Shown piece by piece: positions 1 through 9,234 of a stretch of 62,229 nucleotides of DNA. The stretch is taken from positions 1 to 62,229 of the forward strand of contig JAZAIZ010000212.1 in assembly GCA_036230545.1 (NCBI GenBank), in the 5' to 3' direction. The notes beneath the pieces were generated by a model that made no database searches, was not told where the DNA came from, and worked only from the letters and a program-made list of their open reading frames with translations. The position numbers and the translations under genes are program-made. The stretch's first letter is position 1, and every line of letters starts with the position of its first letter. The DNA comes from Myxococcota bacterium. GTDB lineage: Bacteria; Myxococcota; XYA12-FULL-58-9; JABJBS01.

Positions 1-2
1 AA

Positions 3-272
3 CGCACCTCCTACGAAGACCTCGAAGCTGGTCCCAATCACGAGGGCGTGCTGAAGAGCCGCATGCAGACCCAGCACCGAACCATGCTCAAGCGATTGGT
101 CGAGGGAGACTTCGACACCATCATCGCAGAGCAGCACTCAATCTCTGAGCCATCATCTCCCTCAAGCTCTCCCCAAAACAAGGCTTCGGCCCCTCCCCGC
201 TCCCTCCGGCGCTTCATTCTTGACTATCTCGCCCAAAACCCTGAGGATTCGTCCATTCGTCCTTGCTCCTAA
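3..272 (+). CDS. 3' end of a CDS entering from upstream of the window (hypothetical protein)
   Basis: Frame 3 is open from base 3 to TAA at 270-272; the ORF track only starts it at Met 48. Ser/Pro-rich tail, no recognisable motif. Confidence 0.3.
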   Translation, partial: RTSYEDLEAGPNHEGVLKSRMQTQHRTMLKRLVEGDFDTIIAEQHSISEPSSPSSSPQNKASAPPRSLRRFILDYLAQNPEDSSIRPCS

Positions 273-297
273 AATCACCCATCTCCAGGGGGACCCC

Positions 298-861
298 ATG
301 CCGGTCTTGATCAACATCGCAGCGAACCTCCTTTTTGGCGCCGGAATGGCGACAGTCACACGACACTCTCCCTCATTTCGAGACCGCCTCCTCAACTGGT
401 CCCTGCTCTCTGCCTTCGCCTTTATCGCCTTGGTCATCACCCCCGCAGCCACCTACACCTTTCGCTTCTACCCCCATTGGTCGGTGCTCTATTTTTTTGA
501 TCCGCAAGTGTTTCCCGGATTCGAATACTGGATTAACGGCCTCTCTTTTCTGGCAGTCCTCGGAAATTTTGGAGCTACCCTGCTTGGCTACGCCATCACT
601 CGACACGGCTACCTTCAGGAGGTCCGGTGGGTCTCTCTGATCTCATTCCCCGCAGGCGCCCTCGCTATTTTAGCGGTGGCGGCCTTTTATTTTGAACGAG
701 TGGCCTTCGTCGGTGATTACGACGTCTTCTGGCAGGGCAATGCGGAGTGGTTCTTTTTGAAGACACCCGGGCTCGTGGGCCCCGCGGCTTATCTCGGCGC
801 CCTCCTTTTTACCCTTTGGATCAACACCCGCTTTTCAGGGCGGGATCCTCACTTTCTCTAG
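298..861 (+). CDS. Integral membrane protein, function unknown
   Basis: ORF 220..861. The internal ATG at 298 is preceded by AGGGGGA. The translation has several long hydrophobic segments (LINIAANLLFGAGMATV, LLSAFAFIALVITPAA, LSFLAVLGNFGATLLGYAI, AGALAILAVAAFYF). Confidence 0.55.
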   Translation: MPVLINIAANLLFGAGMATVTRHSPSFRDRLLNWSLLSAFAFIALVITPAATYTFRFYPHWSVLYFFDPQVFPGFEYWINGLSFLAVLGNFGATLLGYAITRHGYLQEVRWVSLISFPAGALAILAVAAFYFERVAFVGDYDVFWQGNAEWFFLKTPGLVGPAAYLGALLFTLWINTRFSGRDPHFL

Positions 862-867
862 CTCCCA

Positions 868-2355
868 CTAATAGCGAAAGGTGCTCGACAAGAAGAGGTA
901 GAAGAAAGACTGAAAATAATCCACCCGCTGAAAATCCTGAGACGCATCAAACGCCTGCTTCACATCGTTGACGGGGATGACGTCATAGCCATGACCAGAG
1001 TTGTAGAGGAGCCCTACCCGGCTGAGGGCATGCTCACCAAAATAGCCCAAGGATAACACAAAGCCCCCAAGATCAATGTCCGGCTGCTGCTCGGTGGCAT
1101 AGGTCATCTTCCTGAGAGGATCGGCCGAAGAGAAATCGGAGAAGACCCCCACCGCAAAGCTGACCTCCCGGATAAGCAGGTATTCAAATCCCAGATTGAA
1201 ATTCAGTACCTGATTACGATTGATTTTGGGGTTGAAGGGCAAACGCTCGGTGCCCTCTCCCACTAGATTCAAGAGGGTATAACTGGTGGGGAAATGGTAG
1301 ATGAGGTCTGCGCTCACGGTTAATTTGTAGGGAATCGAGTAACTCATACCAGCACGAATCGCGGGAGGATGCTTCGTCTCAGATTCAACACGCCTGGGCT
1401 CGGGCGACCAGAACTGGCTCGTCCCCCCCCCCACTAAAACCCCCTCATCCCCACAGGCAGGCGAAGCCGAAGCGCCACTCCAGTCCGCACAATCCACCTC
1501 GGGAATCGACTTGCCGTTCTCAAACCTTAACTCAGCTCTGGAATGCACCTGCAGAGAGGGAGATCTCAGAGAGAGACCGTAACTGAAGCGACGGGAGCGG
1601 TATTTCAACCCAGCAACCAACACGAGGCTCCCATTGATAAACGAGATATCGTTAGAGGCCAGCTGAAAGACCTCTTCGGGGTCTGCGCCCGAGCTGAGTT
1701 CCTCGGTCAACGTGGCGTTGGAGGAGACCTCCTCCACCGCCACCATGCTTCGCAACACATAATGAGCCCCCACCCCCAGCCGCAGACCATTCGACAGTTT
1801 TTTCGCGTATCCCACTCCCGTCCAGAGAGAGCGGTCGGTGACCCGTCGGCCGTAGGAGAGCTCCGACGCCTGAAAAGCAGGATCGTTGGTCTCTCCTCCC
1901 GAGGAGTAGGGCGCTTTGATCGAAGAGCTGCGATAGGAAGGGACCATAATCGAGAAAGAGTAGGCCTGGGTCGGCAACCCATCCGGCCCCTTCTTACCAA
2001 AGGTCTTCACCGCCCCGGCGCTCACCGGGACGATAATCAAGTCCGTAAACTCGACGCTCAAGCTATCCACACCGGGGATCGGCAAGGTGATCACATCCAC
2101 ATTATAGGACCCGCGCTCAAAGCCGTAGAGACTTGTAGACACCTGCAGGCTCAACTGACGGCTGTCCACAATCCCCGCTGGGTTGTAAAAGAGACCCGAG
2201 GGGTCATCCGCAATGCTCGCGAACGCCCCCCCCAAACTCACCGCGCGGCCTCCCACCAGATGATCCTGATAATGGCTGTCATCCGCTTTAAGTGGCGACG
2301 CCCCAAGAAGCAGCCCAAGAACAACAAGCGCTCCCCTCATACTTATTCGCAACAT
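868..2355 (-). CDS. Outer-membrane beta-barrel protein, FadL/OMPP1/TodX-like transporter
   Basis: Signal peptide MLRISMRGALVVLGLLLGASPLKA. N-terminal GGRAVSLGGAFASIADDPSGLFYNPAGI resembles the FadL-family N-terminal motif. Alternating beta-strand pattern with a C-terminal aromatic end (STFRY). ATG at 2355 is preceded by GGGGGAAGA. Confidence 0.55.
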   Translation of the reverse strand: MLRISMRGALVVLGLLLGASPLKADDSHYQDHLVGGRAVSLGGAFASIADDPSGLFYNPAGIVDSRQLSLQVSTSLYGFERGSYNVDVITLPIPGVDSLSVEFTDLIIVPVSAGAVKTFGKKGPDGLPTQAYSFSIMVPSYRSSSIKAPYSSGGETNDPAFQASELSYGRRVTDRSLWTGVGYAKKLSNGLRLGVGAHYVLRSMVAVEEVSSNATLTEELSSGADPEEVFQLASNDISFINGSLVLVAGLKYRSRRFSYGLSLRSPSLQVHSRAELRFENGKSIPEVDCADWSGASASPACGDEGVLVGGGTSQFWSPEPRRVESETKHPPAIRAGMSYSIPYKLTVSADLIYHFPTSYTLLNLVGEGTERLPFNPKINRNQVLNFNLGFEYLLIREVSFAVGVFSDFSSADPLRKMTYATEQQPDIDLGGFVLSLGYFGEHALSRVGLLYNSGHGYDVIPVNDVKQAFDASQDFQRVDYFQSFFYLFLSSTFRY

Positions 2356-2476
2356 TCTTCCCCCTGAACCGCACAATGGATACGCAAGCCACTGTGAGCG
2401 TACCAAGGTTCGGAATCCGATAGCAAAAGATTAAGGCCCATGGGAGACAGAGACATCACAAAGAAAGCAAGATCTT

Positions 2477-3346
2477 TCAAGTTGCCGGCAACAGGCTCCC
2501 CAGCCAATCCGCGAGCAGGTTGGAACTCACCCGCAATCGGTAGGAAGCGGTTGAGCGAATATCATCAATGGGAGCGAGTTCCCCCTCAAGAGCGCCGCGA
2601 GCCGCCGCAATCAGGGCCGGCGTGGCTGCCTTGCCCCTTAACACCCTCTCCGTCGCAGTGCACCGAAGCGGGATGGGCGCCACGCTGCCAAACGCCAGAC
2701 GCACGTCCGAGATAATCGCCCCCTGCATCGTCGCGGTCGCCGCGATACACACCTTGGAGATGGCCTGTGCTTTGCGGGTACCCACTTTCCGATAATAGGA
2801 CTGCCGAACCCCAGAGGGCCTCGGAACTCGAACCGCCCGCAGCAGCTCGTTTTGCTGACACATCGTCGTCTTGTAGCCCTTATGAAACTCTGCATAGGGC
2901 ACCCAGCGGCTGCCTTGCAAAGACACAAGCTCCACCTCCGCATCATAGACCAGCAACGCCGGAGGCGTGTCCGCAGCGGGGGACGCGTTAATGATATTGC
3001 CCCCCAACGTCCCTCTGTTCTGAATCGCGAGGGCTCCCGTCTCCCGAGCGGCCTCTCCCAGCATCCCAAACTCCTCACGCAAAAGCGGGTTCTCGCGAAT
3101 CTCTGCGTAGGTGGTCAACGCCCCGATGGTGACGTGATCTGCCGCGCTCTGAATCCCCTTAAGCTCCTCCAGACCCCAAATGTTCATAAAACGCCCCGGG
3201 GGCAACATTCCCGCCTCCAGGAGCACCATCAAATCCGTTCCTCCTGCAAATGGCCGAGACTTGTCCGAATCTGCCTCCAAGGCCCTCAAGGCTTCCTCAA
3301 GGGAGTCCGGCGACCACATGTCATAACGGGGGATGTTGGCTCTCAT
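2477..3346 (-). CDS. Xanthine dehydrogenase family, FAD-binding subunit (CoxM/XdhB-like)
   Basis: FAGGTDLMVLLEAG and RGTLGGNI motifs of the FAD_binding_5/CO-dehydrogenase flavoprotein fold. Start MRANIPRYD at 3346 overlaps the stop of the upstream 2Fe-2S subunit by 4 nt (ATGA). Confidence 0.85.
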   Translation of the reverse strand: MRANIPRYDMWSPDSLEEALRALEADSDKSRPFAGGTDLMVLLEAGMLPPGRFMNIWGLEELKGIQSAADHVTIGALTTYAEIRENPLLREEFGMLGEAARETGALAIQNRGTLGGNIINASPAADTPPALLVYDAEVELVSLQGSRWVPYAEFHKGYKTTMCQQNELLRAVRVPRPSGVRQSYYRKVGTRKAQAISKVCIAATATMQGAIISDVRLAFGSVAPIPLRCTATERVLRGKAATPALIAAARGALEGELAPIDDIRSTASYRLRVSSNLLADWLGSLLPAT

Positions 3347-3834
3347 GACGCCACCTCCATGTTCCTGCAGGCCTGAACCACCGACTCGAAGATCTTCATA
3401 TAGCCGGTGCATCGGCAAAGGTTTCCGGCCAGGGCCTCTTTCATGTCCTCTCGGGTCGGCTCTTGATTCGTGCGAAGAAGGTTGTGTGCCGCCAGCACCA
3501 TCCCCGGAGTGCAGATCCCACATTGAGCGCCCCCATACTCCAGAAAAGCCCGCTGCACCCCATCCAGCCCTGCGCCCTCTGCCACCATTCCTTCGATGGT
3601 GGTAACTTCGGCCTCAGCAGCCTGAAGCGCCGGCACCAGGCAGCTGTTCACCAGGCGACCGTTCATAAACACTGAGCAGGCTCCGCACTCCCCTTCGCCA
3701 CAGCCCTCCTTGGTGCCCGTCAGCCCGATGTCCTCCCGCAGAACATCCAAAAGACGCTCCATGGGGTAGGCGGCCACACTCCGGGACTCCCCGTTGACCA
3801 CCAATTCAATCTCACATTTTGCAACATCAGCCAT
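3343..3834 (-). CDS. Xanthine dehydrogenase family, [2Fe-2S]-binding small subunit (CoxS-like)
   Basis: CGEGECGACSV (plant-type 2Fe-2S) plus QCGICTPG and CRCTGY (second cluster). 163 aa is the typical size. Overlaps the large-subunit stop by 8 nt. Confidence 0.9.
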   Translation of the reverse strand: MADVAKCEIELVVNGESRSVAAYPMERLLDVLREDIGLTGTKEGCGEGECGACSVFMNGRLVNSCLVPALQAAEAEVTTIEGMVAEGAGLDGVQRAFLEYGGAQCGICTPGMVLAAHNLLRTNQEPTREDMKEALAGNLCRCTGYMKIFESVVQACRNMEVAS

Positions 3835-6067
3835 GATCGGCCTCCTTCCGGGCGTCGAATGCCTCCATTAAATCCTCCGGGAGCAGGGGAATCGTGTTCA
3901 CCGGCAGCCCCGTCGCGTGCTCCACCGCCGATAAGATAGCCGGGGCGGCACCATCCATGGGCAACTCGCCGATTCCCTTCGCTCCCCAAGGACCGTAGGG
4001 GTTGTCGCTCTCCTCAAAGAAGACGCGAATCGGCGGTAAATCAGCCGCCGTTGGCATGATGTAATTGGTCATTCGGTTGTTCAGCATATTGCCCTTATCC
4101 CAAACCACCTTCTCATAAATACCGTAGCCTATGGCCTGAGCCACTCCCCCCTCTATCTGACCCTCCGCCAGAGTCGGGTTGATCACCTTGCCCACCTCCT
4201 GCAAGGCCACAAAGTCATCCACCTGTGTCTCATAGGTGACCGTGTCCACGGTCACCTCCGCAACATACACAGCCCAGGCATAAGAAGCGTACGCGTCTCC
4301 CTCATAGGTGTCGTCATTCCACGTAATGTTGGGGGGCTGCTTGTACTGGCTCAGACTCTTCAACGCGCCATGCTCTCTGCGATAGGCTCCGACCGCGGCC
4401 TTAAACTCATCACGCGAGTACCCTTTCTTCAGGAGCCCGCTCTGCAGCAGGGTTTCTTTCAAGCCGATACACGCCGACTGCACCAGCTTGCCCACCACCA
4501 TCACCGTCCGTGAGGCCACTGTGGGACCACTGTCAGGGACCTCACGGGTGTCGGGCTGGCTGATCACAATATCATCGCACTCCACCCCGAGCGTCTCCGC
4601 TGCGATCTGAGAAAAAATCGTTCGGGTCCCTTGCCCAATCTCGGTGCTCGCCGCAAGCACCCGGACATTACCCTCGTCGGTGCCTTCGACCCCCGCGACG
4701 GACGCCAGGTGCACTTCACCCGAGCCCGTAAACCCCGCACCGTGTAGAAAACTCGCGAAGCCAATGCCCTTTTTGAAGCGCGCGTTAGGATCCTGAGTCG
4801 CGAACTCTGCGACCTTCTCGTGGTAGCCCGACTCCTTGAACGCGCGATCCAGCATCAGGTTCATATCCACCTGATCACGAACCACCTGCTTGGTGGCCAT
4901 GATGTCCCCCTCAGCGAGAAAATTGCGACGCCGCACTTCCTCCCGACTCATCCCAAGCTGCCTTGCAATGGCGTCAATGTGGCGCTCCAAAGCGAAGATG
5001 CTCTGGGGCGCTCCAAACCCTCGAAACGCTCCGTGCGGGGGGGTGTTGGTGGCATACGCCGCACTGGTTATTCTCACATTGGAACACCGGTAAGCCCCCA
5101 CCGCGTGAATCGTTCCCCGGGAGAGCACCACCGGAGAGAGCGTCATAAACGCTCCCCCGTCCAAGGCAAACTCGATGTCCATCGCCAAAATGGTTCCATC
5201 CTCGGCGACGGCGGTCTTATGCCGCGTCCACGAAGGGTGCCGTTTGGTCGTGGCCGCCATGTCCTCGGCTCGGTCGTAGATCAACTTAACGGTCTTTCCT
5301 GACTTCAAGGCCAGCAAAGCGGCGTGTCCTGCAATGATACTCGGATAATCTTCTTTGCCCCCAAAGCCTCCCCCGGTCTCCGCCTGAATAATCCGCACCT
5401 TCTCCGCGGGTAAATCCAACAGAGGCATCAGGGCTTTATGAATATAGTAGGGGCACTGCAGTGAGCCCCACAGAGTGACGCCTTCCTCAGAGTGCGCGAC
5501 GGCCATCATAGCGTTGGGTTCGATATAGAGCTGCTCCTGTGCGCCGGTCTCGTATTCGCCTTCAACAATATGAGCTGCGCTCTCCCAAACAGAGTCGACA
5601 TCCCCCTTCTGGACAAGAAAACGCTTAAAGACGTTGTCTTCACCCCAGATCACCTCACTGCACGCTCGGGAGTCTTCGATAGTGAAAACACCGGGCAGGG
5701 GATCTATCTCGACGCGAACGTTGCGCCGGGCCTCCTCCAGCAGGTGCTTGTCGGGATGCGCCAGCAACAAAATCGCCTGCTGCACATGGGCCACCTCCTT
5801 GTCCGCCAGAAAGGGCTGATCGGTGTCCAGACACGCCACATGATTCTCTCCGGGGATGTCCTTGGCGGAGACCACCACGATGTCATCCCAGGGGAGGTCC
5901 CCCTCAAAATGGATCGCTCGAATGTGTCCTCGAGGCACCTCACTCCGAACCGTCACCCCATACCAGCAGCCCTCTGGCTGGAGGTCATCGAGGTATTTCG
6001 CCTGACCGGTCAGTTTGGACTGCCCCTCCTTGCGCAGCTCGGACTTTCCAACTCTCGTGTGCTTCAT
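3827..6067 (-). CDS. Xanthine dehydrogenase / aldehyde oxidase family, molybdopterin-binding large subunit
   Basis: 746 aa. GKAKYLDD N-terminus, QAETGGGFGGKE, GFRGFGAPQ and a GAKGIGE-type C-terminal motif, all typical of the MoCo hydroxylase family. Confidence 0.9.
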   Translation of the reverse strand: MKHTRVGKSELRKEGQSKLTGQAKYLDDLQPEGCWYGVTVRSEVPRGHIRAIHFEGDLPWDDIVVVSAKDIPGENHVACLDTDQPFLADKEVAHVQQAILLLAHPDKHLLEEARRNVRVEIDPLPGVFTIEDSRACSEVIWGEDNVFKRFLVQKGDVDSVWESAAHIVEGEYETGAQEQLYIEPNAMMAVAHSEEGVTLWGSLQCPYYIHKALMPLLDLPAEKVRIIQAETGGGFGGKEDYPSIIAGHAALLALKSGKTVKLIYDRAEDMAATTKRHPSWTRHKTAVAEDGTILAMDIEFALDGGAFMTLSPVVLSRGTIHAVGAYRCSNVRITSAAYATNTPPHGAFRGFGAPQSIFALERHIDAIARQLGMSREEVRRRNFLAEGDIMATKQVVRDQVDMNLMLDRAFKESGYHEKVAEFATQDPNARFKKGIGFASFLHGAGFTGSGEVHLASVAGVEGTDEGNVRVLAASTEIGQGTRTIFSQIAAETLGVECDDIVISQPDTREVPDSGPTVASRTVMVVGKLVQSACIGLKETLLQSGLLKKGYSRDEFKAAVGAYRREHGALKSLSQYKQPPNITWNDDTYEGDAYASYAWAVYVAEVTVDTVTYETQVDDFVALQEVGKVINPTLAEGQIEGGVAQAIGYGIYEKVVWDKGNMLNNRMTNYIMPTAADLPPIRVFFEESDNPYGPWGAKGIGELPMDGAAPAILSAVEHATGLPVNTIPLLPEDLMEAFDARKEADHG

Positions 6068-6285
6068 TCCGGTCTCCCTGGAAACCTATCGTCTTAAGTC
6101 TCCCAATAGAGTTTCTGCAATGCAGAGAAACCGACCCCTCCGGTCCGTCGTTCGAAAACGACCCCTACGCCGGGTTTCCCAAGGCCGGAGGTTCTAGAGA
6201 ACTTTGAGCGAATTGTCCATAAATCTTCTAAACATAAGGGAGCATCCGCCACCGGCGCGCTCCCAGGGCGTCACTCGCCCTTAAC

Positions 6286-7359
6286 TCACTCTCGGGGGCT
6301 CAGCGGCTCCACCGTGGCTCCCAGATCATCGGCGGGTACCGGGGGATTCACCAACCAGCCCAAAAACGCGTCCCAATCCTGAGGGCTCCAGGTCAAACTG
6401 CCATCCTCGGAGCGCTCACACCCCCGCCCCGGTGGAATAGTGGCGGGCCATTGGTCCACCTGCTCAAACAACACCCGAAACTGGTCATAAGGCTCGCGGC
6501 GAAGGGGCCCAAGCTCCCCGGTGAGCAAGGTCTGCATCAGGCCCTTAAACTTCCCGTGGGCCTGATTGAGCAACGCCTGATAGGAGTGAACGCTCGTCAC
6601 CGCTTCATCAAGGCCGGCTCTATCCACCTCCGCACCCAACCGCGCTCCGATCTCCATCAAGGCGGCGGCGCGCTCCTGAAGCGCCACCACCAACTCTCCG
6701 CTGCTCAACGCGCCCTCGCCCCCCGGCCCTCGACGGGCCAACTCCGCCCCTGGCTCAATCAGGTCCCGAGCCTCACCCAGCCCCGCCACGGGCGTCTCCT
6801 CTTTGCCCTCCCCGCCAGCGGCGACCGCCTCAGAGAGCTTTTGCAAATCTTCAGCGGCCTGACGCTTCGCATCCGCTGCCTGCCTGTCCTTCGCGGATTT
6901 CTCCTTGGACTGCTTTTTCCCCGCCAGCTGCCCGCCGATTTTGTCGTCGACGAAGCTCCCCGCGATGATATCCGCGGCGTCCAGCACTTCAGAGAGTTGA
7001 TTTAAGAGCGCCGAGATTTTTCCCAGCTCCCCGGCTGCCTTGCGACACTGATGTTCCACAGGGCCCTGCTTTCCCTGCTCCACGGGCTCCCGGGTGAGGC
7101 GGGCAGCGCCCCGCTCCTCCTTCCCGGAGAAGACGGATTTCGAACGGGCGTCTTTCGCCGCAGACTCAAATTGGGAAGCCTCCCTGACCTTTTGAGCTGA
7201 CTCCGCCTGGCGGCTCTTTTCGGGACCCCGCTGCTTCGAGGTCTTCTGCTGGTCCTGTTTTTTTTTCGCGGCCCTCCCGGCCTGATCATCGGCAAAGTCC
7301 CCGACTTTGCCTTTGGGCCCCGGCGGGACACCCCCACCACCGATACTCGACATGCGCAC
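6286..7359 (-). CDS. Hypothetical protein, largely low-complexity/charged (Lys/Gln/Ala/Glu-rich) with a Gly/Pro-rich N-terminus
   Basis: 357-aa ORF, 15 nt downstream of the preceding co-oriented ORF. No catalytic motif recognised. Only the C-terminal ~120 aa look globular. Confidence 0.45.
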   Translation of the reverse strand: MRMSSIGGGGVPPGPKGKVGDFADDQAGRAAKKKQDQQKTSKQRGPEKSRQAESAQKVREASQFESAAKDARSKSVFSGKEERGAARLTREPVEQGKQGPVEHQCRKAAGELGKISALLNQLSEVLDAADIIAGSFVDDKIGGQLAGKKQSKEKSAKDRQAADAKRQAAEDLQKLSEAVAAGGEGKEETPVAGLGEARDLIEPGAELARRGPGGEGALSSGELVVALQERAAALMEIGARLGAEVDRAGLDEAVTSVHSYQALLNQAHGKFKGLMQTLLTGELGPLRREPYDQFRVLFEQVDQWPATIPPGRGCERSEDGSLTWSPQDWDAFLGWLVNPPVPADDLGATVEPLSPRE

Positions 7360-7374
7360 CCTCCCACTCTTGCT

Positions 7375-8085
7375 CTAATTGGCTCGAGACGCCTCGCTGC
7401 TCAGCACCCGCAGACGCTCAAGGATTGCCCGGGACGAAACGTTGCCCCGCCCTTCCATGCTCACATCACGAAGCGGGATCAGCGCCAGGATCGGCTCCAC
7501 CACCTCCTCTTTGTGCTCAGCGCTCATGGTCTCACGCAGCACCTCTTTGTCATTCTCGATCACAGCCACAATCCCGGCCAAAAGCGTAGAGCGAGCCTCA
7601 TCCTCCTGAAAATTGACGAGCACCGTGAGGATTCGATTCAACAAATCGCTGTGCAGACGGTCAAAGCATTTCTTCACCGCCGCGTTGTTTTTGGGATCAA
7701 ATTTGGAGAACATATGCAGCGCCGCCAGATCGTTCTCAAAAAGCTCCGCCAGCCGTTCCTGCCCCTCCTTCGAACGGGCCAGGCGAGCAAAGACACCGCT
7801 GAGAACCCACAGCCGCTGCCAGCGCTCCTTCACGTCCGTCGATCGGGTCGCTTCCATAAGCGTCGTAAGATCCGCAACTCGCGCTCGGCTCAGATAGGTC
7901 AGGGCTGAATAGCAGTCGCTCCCCTCAATGAGACTCTCACAGGCCGAGACGACTCGCTCCATCTCCAAACCCGGCATCTCCTCCTGAGCCACGAAGCGAA
8001 AGGGCTCCCCAATCTTCATCCCGCCCGTGCCCCCTTTGGAGCCCGAGCCCGGCAGGCCCCCCGGTGGTGGAATTTTGTGTGCCAT
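7375..8085 (-). CDS. Hypothetical protein (helical), Gly/Pro-rich N-terminus
   Basis: 236-aa ORF with coding-like codon usage. N-terminus PPPGGLPGSGSKGGTGG. No motif recognised. An alternative start at the internal MKIGEPF is possible. Confidence 0.45.
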   Translation of the reverse strand: MAHKIPPPGGLPGSGSKGGTGGMKIGEPFRFVAQEEMPGLEMERVVSACESLIEGSDCYSALTYLSRARVADLTTLMEATRSTDVKERWQRLWVLSGVFARLARSKEGQERLAELFENDLAALHMFSKFDPKNNAAVKKCFDRLHSDLLNRILTVLVNFQEDEARSTLLAGIVAVIENDKEVLRETMSAEHKEEVVEPILALIPLRDVSMEGRGNVSSRAILERLRVLSSEASRAN

Positions 8086-8244
8086 TCAGCGCTCCCTCAT
8101 CCCTGCAATCAACGCTCCCGAGTATCGTATGGCATTCCCGCACAAAAAACCAACCGGGGCTCCCTCTCAAACCACATTCCCTTGCTTTTTCCCCCAAGGG
8201 CAGTCCATGCTGCCCGGACCTCTCGGCAACCATGGGAGCGCCCA

Positions 8245-9168
8245 ATGCTTGAACGCTATTTTCTCGCCATCGCCATCGCCTTCTCCATCGCCGCCCTTGG
8301 TTACCCCGAGCCCTTCGCGGCGAGCAAAGGGGCCATCCCCTATCTGCTGGGAGTTATCATGTTCGGCATGGGGCTCACCCTTGAATGGAGGGACTTTCTG
8401 CAGGTATGGCGCCTGCGCAGGCTGGTGGTTCTTGGCCTTGTGGCCCAATTCACCGTCATGCCCCTGGTGGCCCTGGCCCTTGGGCACCTCTTTGGTGTCC
8501 CCAACGACATCCTGGTGGGCCTCATCATCGTGGGCGCCTGTCCCGGGGGAACCGCCTCCAACGTCATCGCCTACCTTGCCAAGGCCAACGTAGCACTCTC
8601 GGTCACCATGACCCTGGCCTCCACCGCCCTGGCCCCCTTTGTGACCCCACTGCTCATCCACACCCTGGCTGGCGAGCTGGTCGAAGTGCCTTTCCTGGCC
8701 ATGGTCCAATCCGTCTTCTGGATCGTGGTCTTTCCCCTGGTGGACGGGCTGCTCATTCGACAGCTCTTCCAAAAACGCCTCACGCCCCTTCTCAAGGTCT
8801 TTCCCAGCGTCTCCATCGTGGCCATCAGCGTGGTCATCGCCATTGTTATGGCCCTCAATCAAGCCACCATCCTGCACTTTCCCCTGCTCATCGGGCTGGC
8901 GGTCATCCTCCACAACGTCACGGGGCTGGCGGCGGGATACGGGTTGGGGTGGCTCCTGCGCTGTGACGAGCGGGACCGCCGAACCCTGGCCATCGAGGTG
9001 GGAATGCAGAACTCGGGCCTCGGCGCCTCCCTGGCGACGAGCTTCTTCAGCCCCCTGGCGGCCCTCCCGAGCGCGCTCTTCAGCCTCTGGCACAACCTCT
9101 CGGGGATCGCCCTCGCTCAGCGCTGGGGCCACAATTCCCCGGGGCACAAATCCAACGCTTCTCCCTAG
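8245..9168 (+). CDS. Bile acid:sodium symporter (BASS/SBF) family transporter
   Basis: Start MLERYF at 8245. Polytopic, with GMGLTL..DF, GACPGGTASNV and EVGMQNSGLG, which match SBF-family signature regions. Confidence 0.8.
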   Translation: MLERYFLAIAIAFSIAALGYPEPFAASKGAIPYLLGVIMFGMGLTLEWRDFLQVWRLRRLVVLGLVAQFTVMPLVALALGHLFGVPNDILVGLIIVGACPGGTASNVIAYLAKANVALSVTMTLASTALAPFVTPLLIHTLAGELVEVPFLAMVQSVFWIVVFPLVDGLLIRQLFQKRLTPLLKVFPSVSIVAISVVIAIVMALNQATILHFPLLIGLAVILHNVTGLAAGYGLGWLLRCDERDRRTLAIEVGMQNSGLGASLATSFFSPLAALPSALFSLWHNLSGIALAQRWGHNSPGHKSNASP

Positions 9169-9234
9169 TCAGCCTGCCTGCGCCATGATAGCCCCTCGCT
9201 TCGATTGATGACCTGAACGATGGAGGTTTCCCCG

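Noticed and set aside
6103-6162. Imperfect inverted repeats (TCTGCA-A-TGCAGA, about 6106-6118; GTCGTT-CGAA-AACGAC, about 6147-6162) upstream of the molybdoenzyme operon
   Set aside because: The arms are short, there is no T tract, and nothing ties them to a known regulator. They could be an operator or a weak terminator of the upstream gene, but the evidence is too thin to call.
8167-9147. 326-aa minus-strand ORF and other overlapping ORFs across the BASS transporter gene
   Set aside because: Highly charged, Gly/Asp/Glu/His-rich nonsense-like translation. The plus frame gives a coherent polytopic SBF-family transporter.
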